NCBI GenBank assembly: GCA_041666745.1
Contig: JBAYGI010000004.1
Location: 3,440-67,439 of the forward strand
Length of the DNA stretch: 64,000 bases
Direction: 5' to 3'
Source: Candidatus Magasanikiibacteriota bacterium
GTDB lineage: Bacteria; Patescibacteriota; Patescibacteriia; Magasanikbacterales; GWA2-37-8
Part shown: positions 27,389 to 37,000 of the stretch, in pieces
Position numbering within the stretch: position 1 is the stretch's first letter
Layout of the letters: each line of letters starts with the position of its first letter
Translations under genes and position numbers: made by a program
Notes under the pieces: model-generated
Database searches by the model: none
What the model was told of the DNA's origin: nothing
Seen by the model: only the letters and a program-made list of their open reading frames with translations

Positions 27389-27889
27389 ATGCCAAAACAA
27401 GAAATTATTTTAGGAATTGATCCCGGTTTTGGTCGAGTGGGTTTTGGTGTAATTGAAAAATTAAAAACAGGGGAGTGGAAATCTTTGGATTATGGATGTA
27501 TCGAGACGTCACCAAAGAAAATTTTTGTTGATCGGTTGTTGGAAATATATGAAGCGGTTGGTTTTTTAATAAAAAAATACAAACCATCGAGAGTGGCGGT
27601 AGAAAAACTTTTTTTCTTTAGAAATGTGACTACGGCAATAGAAGTTGGGCAGGCTAGAGGCGTGATTTTACTCTGTGCGGTGCAAATTGGTTTGCCGATA
27701 GATGAGTTCACACCACTGCAGATCAAACAAGCAATTACCGGCTATGGCAAAGCAGAAAAGCAACAAATGCAAAAAATGGTAGCGATAATTTTGGGGATAA
27801 AAGGCAAAATAAAATCGGACGATGCCGCCGATGCGTTGGCCGTGGCATTGTGTGCCGGACAAAGTTTGTGGCATAAGAATATAAAATAA
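27389..27889 (+). CDS. ruvC: Holliday junction resolvase RuvC
   Basis: 'ILGIDPG', 'AVEKLFF', 'GQARGV', 'DDAADALAVA'. Confidence 0.97.
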   Translation: MPKQEIILGIDPGFGRVGFGVIEKLKTGEWKSLDYGCIETSPKKIFVDRLLEIYEAVGFLIKKYKPSRVAVEKLFFFRNVTTAIEVGQARGVILLCAVQIGLPIDEFTPLQIKQAITGYGKAEKQQMQKMVAIILGIKGKIKSDDAADALAVALCAGQSLWHKNIK

Positions 27890-27890
27890 T

Positions 27891-28541
27891 ATGCTCAAAG
27901 TTTTATACGAAGACAATCACCTCGTCGCGGTTTTTAAACCAGCGGGTGTTTTGGTACAGGGCGATGAAACCGGTGACAAATGTTTGATGGATGAGGTGAA
28001 AGAATATTTAAAAGAAAAATACAATAAGCCCGGGCAGGTATTTTTGGGATTGTTACACCGTTTGGATCGGCCGGTGAGTGGAGTGGTGTTGTTTGCCAAA
28101 ACCAGTAAAGGAGCTTCACGATTGTCTGAACAAATTCGCACTCATAAAGTACAAAAAGTTTATCAGGCATTGGTGGAGGGGAAAGTAAAAAAAGAAAGGG
28201 GTACTTTGATAAATTGGTTGAAAAAAGATGAACAAAAAAATAAAGTGACTGTTTTTGATAAAGAAACTAAAGATACGCTTTATGCTGAATTGGATTATAA
28301 GGTTTTAAAATCCAACAGCCAAAATTCATTGTTGGAAATAAATTTAAAAACCGGTCGGCCACATCAGATTCGTTCACAGTTGGCACACATCGGACATCCG
28401 ATAGTGGGGGATCTGAAATATGGAGCAAAAAATGCTTTGCCGGATAAATCTATTGCGTTGTGTGCGGTTTCTTTTACTTTTGAAACGGCGACTGGTGGTG
28501 AAATAAAAACAGCGACCGTGGAGACGCCATTTTTCTTGTAG
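27891..28541 (+). CDS. RluA-family RNA pseudouridine synthase
   Basis: 'KPAG', 'LHRLDRPVSG', 'TGRPHQIR', 'PIVGDLKYG'. Confidence 0.95.
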   Translation: MLKVLYEDNHLVAVFKPAGVLVQGDETGDKCLMDEVKEYLKEKYNKPGQVFLGLLHRLDRPVSGVVLFAKTSKGASRLSEQIRTHKVQKVYQALVEGKVKKERGTLINWLKKDEQKNKVTVFDKETKDTLYAELDYKVLKSNSQNSLLEINLKTGRPHQIRSQLAHIGHPIVGDLKYGAKNALPDKSIALCAVSFTFETATGGEIKTATVETPFFL

Positions 28542-28547
28542 TTTTAC

Positions 28548-28642
28548 GCTCGGTCGCCTATTGCTTTTCGCTTTTTTCGACCGCGAGGTCGAAAGGATGA
28601 GCCTCGGGCTCATAACCCGCTCAAAACAATAGGTGACCGAGC
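28548..28642. repeat. Palindromic element, copy 1 (62-nt core 28564-28625 inside a 16-bp outer stem)
   Basis: Core 58/62 identical to the reverse complement of 42657-42718; outer stem GCTCGGTCGCCTATTG/CAATAGGTGACCGAGC. Confidence 0.85.
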
Positions 28643-29337
28643 TATATTTTTTCAAAAAGGGGTTTGTAGATGTCGTCTTTGATGTCTATTTTTAGTTCAT
28701 TGCGATTGACGGTATTGATAAATTCTATAGGGGCATCAGAAATTATTGCCAGCGGTTGTTTTTCTGTGCCTTCGCCCATTACCAATACAGCGGTGGTGGC
28801 TAGGCTGTCGGCGATGTCTGTTTTGGAAACTTTAAATTTTCTGTCAAATAAATCCGGTTTTCCGATGTAATTTTTTATCCCTTTGAACCCGGCATATCCC
28901 ATAGATATGCCCACTACGCCGGCGCGCAAAGGCATGAGGCGACTGTCGGTGATTATTACCCCGAGTTTTTTTAGTTTATATTTTTTGAGTAGATAATCGC
29001 GCACTATTTCGGCGCTTTGGTAGCAATCTTTTGGTAGTAGTATCAATTTTCCATTGGCGTTGGACTCATCGATGCCGGCACTGGACAACACGTCGCCGTC
29101 TTTGATGGTCAGCCAAGCATATTTTGTTTTAATAGCAAAATCACTTTCTTGTCGGATGATTTTTTCTTTATATTTTTCATCTTTCGCCACACAAAACCTA
29201 CCTTCGGATAGGGCGACAATTTTTGAAGTTATTACCACCACGTCCTTATTTTTTATTTGAGGTAAATGTTTGTCCAAAAAAGAAAATAGGTCGCCGTTTT
29301 CTTTGAATAAAGAAGTTTTGATTGGTTGGACTTTCAT
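28642..29337 (-). CDS. Coenzyme F420-0:gamma-glutamyl ligase-like (CofE family) protein
   Basis: 'VITSKIVALSEG', 'AGIDESN', 'GVIITDS', 'VMGEGTEKQP'. Confidence 0.9.
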   Translation of the reverse strand: MKVQPIKTSLFKENGDLFSFLDKHLPQIKNKDVVVITSKIVALSEGRFCVAKDEKYKEKIIRQESDFAIKTKYAWLTIKDGDVLSSAGIDESNANGKLILLPKDCYQSAEIVRDYLLKKYKLKKLGVIITDSRLMPLRAGVVGISMGYAGFKGIKNYIGKPDLFDRKFKVSKTDIADSLATTAVLVMGEGTEKQPLAIISDAPIEFINTVNRNELKIDIKDDIYKPLFEKI

Positions 29338-29338
29338 G

Positions 29339-30169
29339 TTATAGGATTTGTTTTAAAATATCATTAACAAAATCGAAATTATCATTTCCTCCAAACACCA
29401 CATCAAATTTTTGAGCAAATTTTTGTTCATCCTCCTCTTTGTGAACAAAAGCAATGTTTAATAAATTTTTATAATCAAATCCTTCAATCATTCCCAGATC
29501 ATCAATCGCATCGCCTAGCAACATGACATTGGTTCGATCTTTTAGCTGTTCAAAAAAAGGAAATTCGCGCAAAATTATTTCATATTTATTTAGGGAGTGA
29601 ATAATCGGTTTTTTGGCACCGATCATATAGCCAGCTTGATCAAAATCATAATAATTGGCCACAATATGGACATTATCAGTCAATAATCCGTCTCGCTCAA
29701 GCATTTTTTCGATCATATAAGCCGGTCCGCCGGAGATAATTACTATCGGTACATTGTATTGATGTAATAATTTAAAAAAAGTTTCCGCTCCTGCGCGTAG
29801 TTTCATGTGGGCGGCGGAAATCACCGTATCCATGTCGTGTTTATTTAATCGACATTGAATAAGTAATTTACTATGTTCTTCCCACCATTCATCCATTTTT
29901 TTCATTCGATCCGGGCGAGAGATTTTCTGGTCGTGTTCAAACGGAGCATATTTTTGAAATAATTCAAAAGAGGCCGGCGCATATTCCGGTGTTAAGTATC
30001 CACCAACGCGCAGTTGTCCGATCAATGAGCCGACCGGTTTTCCATTGATATAAGAAACAACAGTGATGGTTTTGTCAAAGTCACTAAGAATATGCAACTT
30101 GTTTGATCCACCCTCAGCCATTTTTTGGATTTTTTCAGCCAGTTGTTGTTCGTTTGAAATTAGTTTCAT
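29339..30169 (-). CDS. HAD-family pyrimidine 5'-nucleotidase (cN-III/UMPH-1-like)
   Basis: 'ILSDFDKTIT', 'MDEWW', 'IISGG', 'PIIHSLNK', 'NVMLLGDAIDDLGM'. Confidence 0.85.
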   Translation of the reverse strand: MKLISNEQQLAEKIQKMAEGGSNKLHILSDFDKTITVVSYINGKPVGSLIGQLRVGGYLTPEYAPASFELFQKYAPFEHDQKISRPDRMKKMDEWWEEHSKLLIQCRLNKHDMDTVISAAHMKLRAGAETFFKLLHQYNVPIVIISGGPAYMIEKMLERDGLLTDNVHIVANYYDFDQAGYMIGAKKPIIHSLNKYEIILREFPFFEQLKDRTNVMLLGDAIDDLGMIEGFDYKNLLNIAFVHKEEDEQKFAQKFDVVFGGNDNFDFVNDILKQIL

Positions 30170-30235
30170 AATAAAAGAATTATAAAGCTAAAAAGGTTAA
30201 TGGTCAATAAGCTAAATTGGTGCTAAATTTATAAC

Positions 30236-30263
30236 AAAAAATCCGCTTATTCAGCGGATTTTT
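30236..30263 (-). terminator. Terminator after the small basic peptide gene
   Basis: AAAAAATCCGC-TTATTCA-GCGGATTTTT. Confidence 0.7.
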
Positions 30264-30271
30264 AGTAAGAA

Positions 30272-30346
30272 TTATTTCTTACCCTTTTTCTTAGCTTTCT
30301 TAGCTTTTTTCTTAGCTACAACTTTCTTTTTCTTAGCTTTTGCCAT
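30272..30346 (-). CDS. 24-aa lysine-rich basic peptide MAKAKKKKVVAKKKAKKAKKKGKK
   Basis: Absent from the ORF track; AGGAGGTGA SD 5 nt upstream of ATG, terminator directly downstream. Confidence 0.8.
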   Translation of the reverse strand: MAKAKKKKVVAKKKAKKAKKKGKK

Positions 30347-30684
30347 AAATTTCACCTCCTGATTTACTCTCATTAAGTTGAGAGAAATTAATTTTTCCTA
30401 CTCGCGAGTGCGAGAAAAAATTTTTAAGAAGTATTTTTTACAAGACAAGCATTGTTGTAAAAAAATATTTTCTTCGACCTATGCATATATTATAATACTT
30501 TTCTGAAAAAAAGAAATAGTGTCAACCAAAGTTATGCACAGGTAGGCGGAAAAAAAGTTTTTATTAATTTTTTTTAAGAAAATTTATTTTTTATATAAGA
30601 AATAAAAATTCGGTGAACGCCTACTTGACAAAAATATATTTTTTTGGTTTAATTGGTGCGTAATATTATTAATTTTTTTAATGT

Positions 30685-31215
30685 ATGGGTCATCTAACAG
30701 ACGAAGATAAACAATTTTTACACGAATTGCGTGAGAAAAATATTTTGGAAGAAGTTGAGCCGAATTCATTGAGTTTATCTCATGGGGCGATAGTTTTAAC
30801 TTGCGCCGACGGGGATCAATTTTATGACTATTATAGCCATATTAGCAGTATTACCAAAGGACAGATCGCAAAAAGCAGAGTACATACTTTTGCTCTAAAC
30901 GGTGGATCGATTTTGTTGTCCTCAGCTTGGCCGGACAAAGAAGAAGCAGTCGTTTTGAAGCGCCATATCAATGTGGCAGTAGATCTCAAAGATATTCATA
31001 CTGTAATTTTATACGCACATGCGCCTTGTGGCGCGGCGGCGATGTGTCACTTGAATATAAAAACAGTCATTGATTATTTGATGGAAGCAAAGTCAATAAT
31101 TAAAAATTTACGAACAGATATAAAAGTAATTTGTTTCATGCATGTGGATTGGGACGGAGAAAAGAAGCGAACATATTTTATTTCGCGAGACAAATGGGAA
31201 AAATTTGATAAATAA
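30685..31215 (+). CDS. Beta-carbonic-anhydrase-like metalloprotein
   Basis: Zn-ligand pattern 'LTCADGD' ... 'HAPCG'. Confidence 0.55.
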   Translation: MGHLTDEDKQFLHELREKNILEEVEPNSLSLSHGAIVLTCADGDQFYDYYSHISSITKGQIAKSRVHTFALNGGSILLSSAWPDKEEAVVLKRHINVAVDLKDIHTVILYAHAPCGAAAMCHLNIKTVIDYLMEAKSIIKNLRTDIKVICFMHVDWDGEKKRTYFISRDKWEKFDK

Positions 31216-31223
31216 AACAAAAT

Positions 31224-31260
31224 AAAAAAACAATCCTGACTGAATCGGGATTGTTTTTTT
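31224..31260. terminator. Bidirectional terminator
   Basis: AAAAAAACAATCCTGA-CTGAA-TCGGGATTGTTTTTTT between convergent units. Confidence 0.7.
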
Positions 31261-31262
31261 GT

Positions 31263-31337
31263 TGGTGCCCTCGGCAGGAGTCGAACCCACATTCCCAGGT
31301 TCGAAGCCTGGTGTCCTATCCGTTGAACGACGAGGGC
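31263..31337 (-). tRNA. tRNA-Arg (TCG)
   Basis: GCCCTCG/CGAGGGC acceptor, CCAGG-CTTCGAA-CCTGG anticodon arm, GTTCGACTC T-loop, encoded ACCA end. Confidence 0.95.
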
Positions 31338-31354
31338 AAATTGTGTTTTGTTTG

Positions 31355-31427
31355 TGGGCCGGCCGGGGATCGAACCCGGGACCTTATCCTTAAGAGGGAT
31401 CTGCTCTACCAGCTGAGCTACCGGCCC
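31355..31427 (-). tRNA. tRNA-Lys (CTT)
   Basis: GGGCCGG/CCGGCCC acceptor, GCTC D-stem, ATCC-CTCTTAA-GGAT anticodon arm, GTTCGATC T-loop. Confidence 0.93.
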
Positions 31428-31441
31428 GTGAAGGTGATCGG

Positions 31442-32212
31442 TTATTGAATCGGATCACCCGGTTGTCGTTTTAGTATTTCCATTTTTGGTCCTTTCCAGC
31501 CTTTGATTTTCAAAGCGGCCTCGGCGGCTTCGGTTTGAGCTTCTTGTTTGCTACTACCATTACCACTGGCGATTAATTCTTTTTCTAAGAATATTCCCAC
31601 TTTAAAAATTTTATCATGATCCGGTCCTTCTTCTTCCAACACGCGATAAGTCGGAGTGATCCCCAAAATCTCTTGAGAAGATTCTTGGAAGCGACTCTTG
31701 GCATCCATATACAAACCATTTTCCAGTACAAAAGGTAATTTGGAAATTACCCAACGCAAGATGAATTTTTTACAGGCTTCATAACCTTGATCCAGATAAA
31801 TCGCACCCACCAATGATTCAAACACATTGGCCATGATATATTCACGAGCCTTGGTGCCGGAGTCTTTGGTTTCGCCATGGCTCAAGAACAAAAACGGTTC
31901 AACACCGATTTCATACGCCACACTAGCGAGCATTTTGGCGTTGACCAAAGCCGCGCGCCAATTGGTCAATTCACCCTCTGGATTGCCATATTCATTGAAA
32001 AGGTATTCAGTAACAACTAATTCTACCACAGCGTCCCCCAAAAATTCAAGACGTTCGTTTTGACCCAATGGAAATTCGTGGTGTTCGTTTAAATATGATC
32101 GATGGACAAAAGCTTGAACCAAAAAATCAATGTTTTTAAATTTGATGTCGATTTTTGTTTCCAATAACGGAAAGTCCTTTTCTTGGACTTCCGGTAAGTC
32201 GGTTGATTTCAT
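31442..32212 (-). CDS. rnc: Ribonuclease III
   Basis: 'NERLEFLGDAVVEL' signature plus C-terminal dsRBD. Confidence 0.97.
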   Translation of the reverse strand: MKSTDLPEVQEKDFPLLETKIDIKFKNIDFLVQAFVHRSYLNEHHEFPLGQNERLEFLGDAVVELVVTEYLFNEYGNPEGELTNWRAALVNAKMLASVAYEIGVEPFLFLSHGETKDSGTKAREYIMANVFESLVGAIYLDQGYEACKKFILRWVISKLPFVLENGLYMDAKSRFQESSQEILGITPTYRVLEEEGPDHDKIFKVGIFLEKELIASGNGSSKQEAQTEAAEAALKIKGWKGPKMEILKRQPGDPIQ

Positions 32213-32220
32213 ATTTGTAT

Positions 32221-32670
32221 TTATTTTTTTTCTGCGATTAATGATTCGCCGTTTGGGTACATGTCTTTGTAGAGTGAGCCCAACACGCCGTTTACAAATT
32301 TTCCCGAAGCCGGTCCGCCATAACTTTTGGCCAATTCAATCGCTTCGTTGATAGCGACTTTGGGAGGAACTTCCGGGTTGAATTTCATTTCCCATATTCC
32401 AATACGCAAAATATTGCGATCCATGACGGTGATTTTTTCTAATGGCCAATTGGGAGCATATTTTACAATGATTTCATCGATTTCTTTCAAATGGTCAATG
32501 ATGCCATTGATGATATCACTGGAAAATTGCTTTTCATCACCTAAACCCACTCCAAACTCTTTGATATTTTGATCCAAAATAGCTGGCAGACCAGCACTGG
32601 GCTGTCCACGAAAATCCCATTCAAAGATGGTTTGCATAGCGATTGAGCGAGCGAGATGACGATTGGACAT
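32221..32670 (-). CDS. nusB: Transcription antitermination factor NusB
   Basis: '[10 protein letters not shown]', 'DRNILR', '[20 protein letters not shown]'. Confidence 0.97.
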   Translation of the reverse strand: MSNRHLARSIAMQTIFEWDFRGQPSAGLPAILDQNIKEFGVGLGDEKQFSSDIINGIIDHLKEIDEIIVKYAPNWPLEKITVMDRNILRIGIWEMKFNPEVPPKVAINEAIELAKSYGGPASGKFVNGVLGSLYKDMYPNGESLIAEKK

Positions 32671-32715
32671 AGGAAAAAACTAAGGCCAATAGTGAAAAAC
32701 TATTGGCCAAAGGCA

Positions 32716-32931
32716 TTATTTCTTTTTAGTTTTGCGAACAGTGCGAGAAGCGCGTTTGGTGATGTTGAGAACTTGACGACCACGATAGATTCCACAAAAG
32801 GCGCAAGCGCGGTGTGGACGAGTGGTTTTACCGCATTTTGGACAAGTAGCAGGGTTGATTGCTTTTAGTCCATGTTGCGCGGCACGACGGCGTTTATCGC
32901 CACTAGTACGGCGATGACCAGGTAAACCCAT
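32716..32931 (-). CDS. rpmF: 50S ribosomal protein L32 (bL32)
   Basis: 'CPKCG..PHRACAFCGIYRGR' Zn ribbon, upstream of nusB. Confidence 0.95.
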   Translation of the reverse strand: MGLPGHRRTSGDKRRRAAQHGLKAINPATCPKCGKTTRPHRACAFCGIYRGRQVLNITKRASRTVRKTKKK

Positions 32932-33065
32932 ATAGGTATGTTTATTTTAGTAAAAAAACGAAATTTGGAATTTCCAAATTGCAAAGTTATTATACATCAA
33001 AAAGAGGTGTTTGTAAAGGGTCACGGTTGATTTTATCCGCAATTTAGATTAAAATACCTGTAATT

Positions 33066-34037
33066 ATGAAACAAATACGTCAAATTGAAGAAAAAACTAT
33101 TTGGGATCGGTTGGTTTTGGCTGGTTTTGCGCCGTTTGCTCAATCTTGGGATTGGGGAGCTGTTTTGGTTGCTGAAGGAAAAGAAGTGGAAAGGTTGGTG
33201 GTGGAAAACGATGGAGAGGTAGTATTTGGAGCACAAGTGGTTTATCTGCCCCTGATTTTTGGTTGGCGTTATGCTTTTTGTCCAAAAGGACCGGTCGGGG
33301 ATCTGAACGCAGAAAATTTTAGACTGTTGAATGAATATTTTAAGAAAAATAAAATAGTTTTTTGGCGCTTTGAGCCGGCAGAAAAAATCGAGTTGCCAAA
33401 TTTAATTAAAACCGTAGATATAAATCCGCGGGCCACTTTAATTTTGGATTTGCAAAAAAGTGAAGAAGAAATTTTGGAAAAAATGCATACCAAAACAAGA
33501 TATAATATTCGTCTAGCTCAAAAGAAAAATTTGGAAATAAAAAATGAAAAGAATTTAAAAATATTTTTGGAATTAATGAAAAAAACCGGCAGTCGCGATA
33601 ATTTTCGTTTGCATGAGACCAAACACTATGAAGCGATTTTAAATTCAGATTTTTGTAAACAAATTACTATATACTACGAACAAAAACCTTTGGCCACAGC
33701 AATGTTTGTGGGATGTGGTGAAACGTTTACTTATTTATTTGGCGCGTCTGATCACGGATATCGTCAGCTGATGGCGCCATATCTATTGCAGTGGGAGGGA
33801 ATAAAACTCGGGAAGAAAAACAATTATAAATTTTATGATTTTTTTGGTGTGGCACCAAAAATAAACGAAGAAGGCGAGTATGAATTTGATTACAAACATC
33901 AGTATGCCGGAGTAAGTCGATTCAAACACGGTTTCGGTGGAGTATATTATGAAGCACCAGGAACTTTTGATTTAAAAATCAACAAAACCAAATATAATAT
34001 TTATTTTTGGCTTCGCAAATTGCGTAGGATGGTTTAA
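33066..34037 (+). CDS. FemAB/FemX-family peptidoglycan interpeptide bridge transferase
   Basis: 'FAQSWDW', 'PKGP', 'KTRYNIRLAQK', 'APYLLQWE', 'FKHGFGG'. Confidence 0.92.
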   Translation: MKQIRQIEEKTIWDRLVLAGFAPFAQSWDWGAVLVAEGKEVERLVVENDGEVVFGAQVVYLPLIFGWRYAFCPKGPVGDLNAENFRLLNEYFKKNKIVFWRFEPAEKIELPNLIKTVDINPRATLILDLQKSEEEILEKMHTKTRYNIRLAQKKNLEIKNEKNLKIFLELMKKTGSRDNFRLHETKHYEAILNSDFCKQITIYYEQKPLATAMFVGCGETFTYLFGASDHGYRQLMAPYLLQWEGIKLGKKNNYKFYDFFGVAPKINEEGEYEFDYKHQYAGVSRFKHGFGGVYYEAPGTFDLKINKTKYNIYFWLRKLRRMV

Positions 34038-37000
34038 AGCATCGTCACGCTATTTACTTTGTCTCCCGGTTCTTTGAATCTCATCAGTCGTACTCCCTGA
34101 GTAGCGCGACCGGAGGAAGAAATAGATTTGAATGGTAAACGAATTACTTGTCCGTGAGTAGACATCAATAGTAAATCTTTTTCGTTGGCATCAACGGTAT
34201 CCACTACTTTGGCGAAAGTAAGATTGCCGGTTTTAGTGGTAATTTCGGCGGTTTTTATACCACTACCACCACGACCCTGTACTTTGTATTCTTTCAAAAC
34301 CGTGCGTTTGCCAACCCCATTTTCACCAACTGTCAAAAATACCAGCGAAGTATTTTTTGGGTCCACTATATCCATACCGATTACTTCGTCAGAACCTTTG
34401 AGGCGCATACCACGTACACCACCAGCTGTGCGTCCCATTTCACGAACGTCTTTTTCACGGAAGCGGATAGCCTGACCTTGTTTGGTGGCGATCATGATTT
34501 CGTTGTTTCCATTGCTTGGTTTGACCCATTCGAGATTGTCGTCCGGTTTTAATTTTAGAGCAACCAAACCATTGCGTCGAACATTGGCAAAATCTTCCAG
34601 AGCGGTCTTTTTGATATTTCCGCGAGTGGTTACCATTACCAAATATTTGATATTGGTCAAATCACCGGTGCCAAGTAGGGCGGTAATTTTTTCATTTGGA
34701 GCCATTTGCAAGAAGTTGACCAAGGCCTGACCTTTGGCGGTGCGACTGGCTTGTGGAATATCATAAGCCATCAATTGGAATACGCGTCCGCGATTGGTGA
34801 AGAATAAAATATTGTCGTGTGTATTGGTAGCCATCAGATGAGCGACACTTTCTTCTTCTTTGGTAGTAACTCCTATTACACCTTTGCCACCACGTGATTG
34901 TTGGTGGAAAGTATCCGGTGGCAAGCGTTTGATGTAGCCATCGGTAGTGATCATGATCACCGTTGGTTCGTTTGGAATCAAATCTTCGGTAGTAAATTCT
35001 TTTACACCGTGCGCGATGATTTTGGTACGACGTTCTTCGCCGTATTTTTCTTGTATTTCTTCAGTTTCAGTTTTTACGATGCCCAATATTTTTTTCTGAG
35101 AAGATAAAATACTTTCCAAATCTTTGATAATCAATCTTTTTTCTTTTAATTCATCTTCAATTTTTTGTCTTTCCAAATTGGCCAATTGTTGTAGTTTCAT
35201 TTCCAAAATAGCAGTCGCTTGTCGATCACTAAATTTGAATTTGGCGATTAAATTTATTTTGGCTTCGTCTTTGTCGTTACTGGCGCGAATCAATTTGATA
35301 ATCAAATCGATTTTATCCAAGGCGATTTTTAAACCTTCCAAAATATGTTCACGATCCTTGGCTTTTTCGAGATCAAATTCGGTGCGACGACGAATTACTA
35401 CTTGACGATGTTTGATGAACTCTTCCAAAATATTTTTTAGATTCAAAACACGTGGTTGGATACCATCTACCAAAGCTAGCAGGTTGTAGTGGAAAGTTGT
35501 TTGTAGCTCGGTTTGTTTGAAAAGTTGATTTAAAACTTTTTGTGGGTAAGAATCTTTTTTGAGTTCGATAACTATACGCACGCCGTCTTTGTTGGACTCA
35601 TCGCGTAAGTCGCGGATGCCTTCCATTTTTTTATCTTGTACCAAGTTGGCGATTTTTTCAATCATCTCGGCTTTGTTTACTTGGTAGGGCACTTCCGTAA
35701 CAATAATTTGGAACATGCCACTTTTTTTGGCTTCCTGAATTTCGGCTTTGGCGCGAATGACCACACCCCCACGTCCGGTAGCACAGGCCGTCAAAATATC
35801 TTTTTTATTATAAATAATACCACCGGTTGGGAAGTCCGGGCCTTTGATAATTTCGGCCAATTCTTCCACAGTAGTTTGAGGTTCTTCGATCAGTTTGATA
35901 ATACCACCGCAAAGTTCAGAAAGATTGTGCGGAGGAATAGAAGTCGCCATACCAACGGCGATACCCATCGTGCCGTTTAGAAGTAGGTTTGGTAGTTTGG
36001 CCGGTAATACCATCGGTTCATTGTGTGAGCCGTCGTAGGTGGCATTGAAATTGACAGTATTTTTTTCAATATCAAAAAGCATTTCCTCGGCAATCGCGCG
36101 TAAACGGGCCTCGGTATAGCGCATAGCAGCCGCAGAATCCCCATCCATTGAGTTATGGACAAATACACCGGAGGCAAGCGCAAAATTGTGAGTATTATCT
36201 ATTGTCAAATCAAACACATCCTCGCGTGTATTTATTTTTTCCACACTTTTCACTTTGTGATTTTTGGTAATATCCTGCAAAACGCATTCTAAATTTTCAG
36301 TATAGTATTTTTTGAAACCTGTATCCCAAGTGGTGGATGCTCCATATGGATAAACTATTTTTCTCACCTGTTCATACAACTCTTGGTTTAATTTTTGGTA
36401 TCTGCCGAATGTTTCTTTGCAGATAGTTAAAAATTTCTTTTTTCCGGTATTGTTGGTCAAGCGTTTTTTGTTGGAGGCGGCGATTTTATCATGGAATAAT
36501 TGTTTGTATTCCGGCAACTTCCACAGTCGTGTCAGGGTTGTGGTAGCACGTTTACTTAGTTCAACTCTTTTTTCCGGGTGTGCTTGAATATGTTCTTTGT
36601 TTACTCTGCTCAAAGTTTGTTTCATCTTTTCTTTGTATTCCGGATTTTGCCAGTTGATCAAATTTCGTGATTTCATTCTTTCGGCAGTCTTCGCACGGTT
36701 TTCTGGTTTTGACCAAAATTCTTTACGGCCTTGTGCAATTTTTTGTCTGTAAGATTCGTCTTGATGTTTTAAGCTGACATTGTCAGAATGAATTTTCCAA
36801 TGTTCACCCCAGTGCATGCGGGTAATGTTCTCTGGATTGTTATTTGTTTTATCAAAATTGACATGGTGGCGTACTCGTCCATCAGCCTTTTGATATTTTT
36901 TATTGGTCAAGTTATAGTTATCTGCCAAATGATGTGCAGGGATCCACTCTTTTGTTTTATTTTGTAATATTAATGAATAACCTTGACGATTTAACCGATC

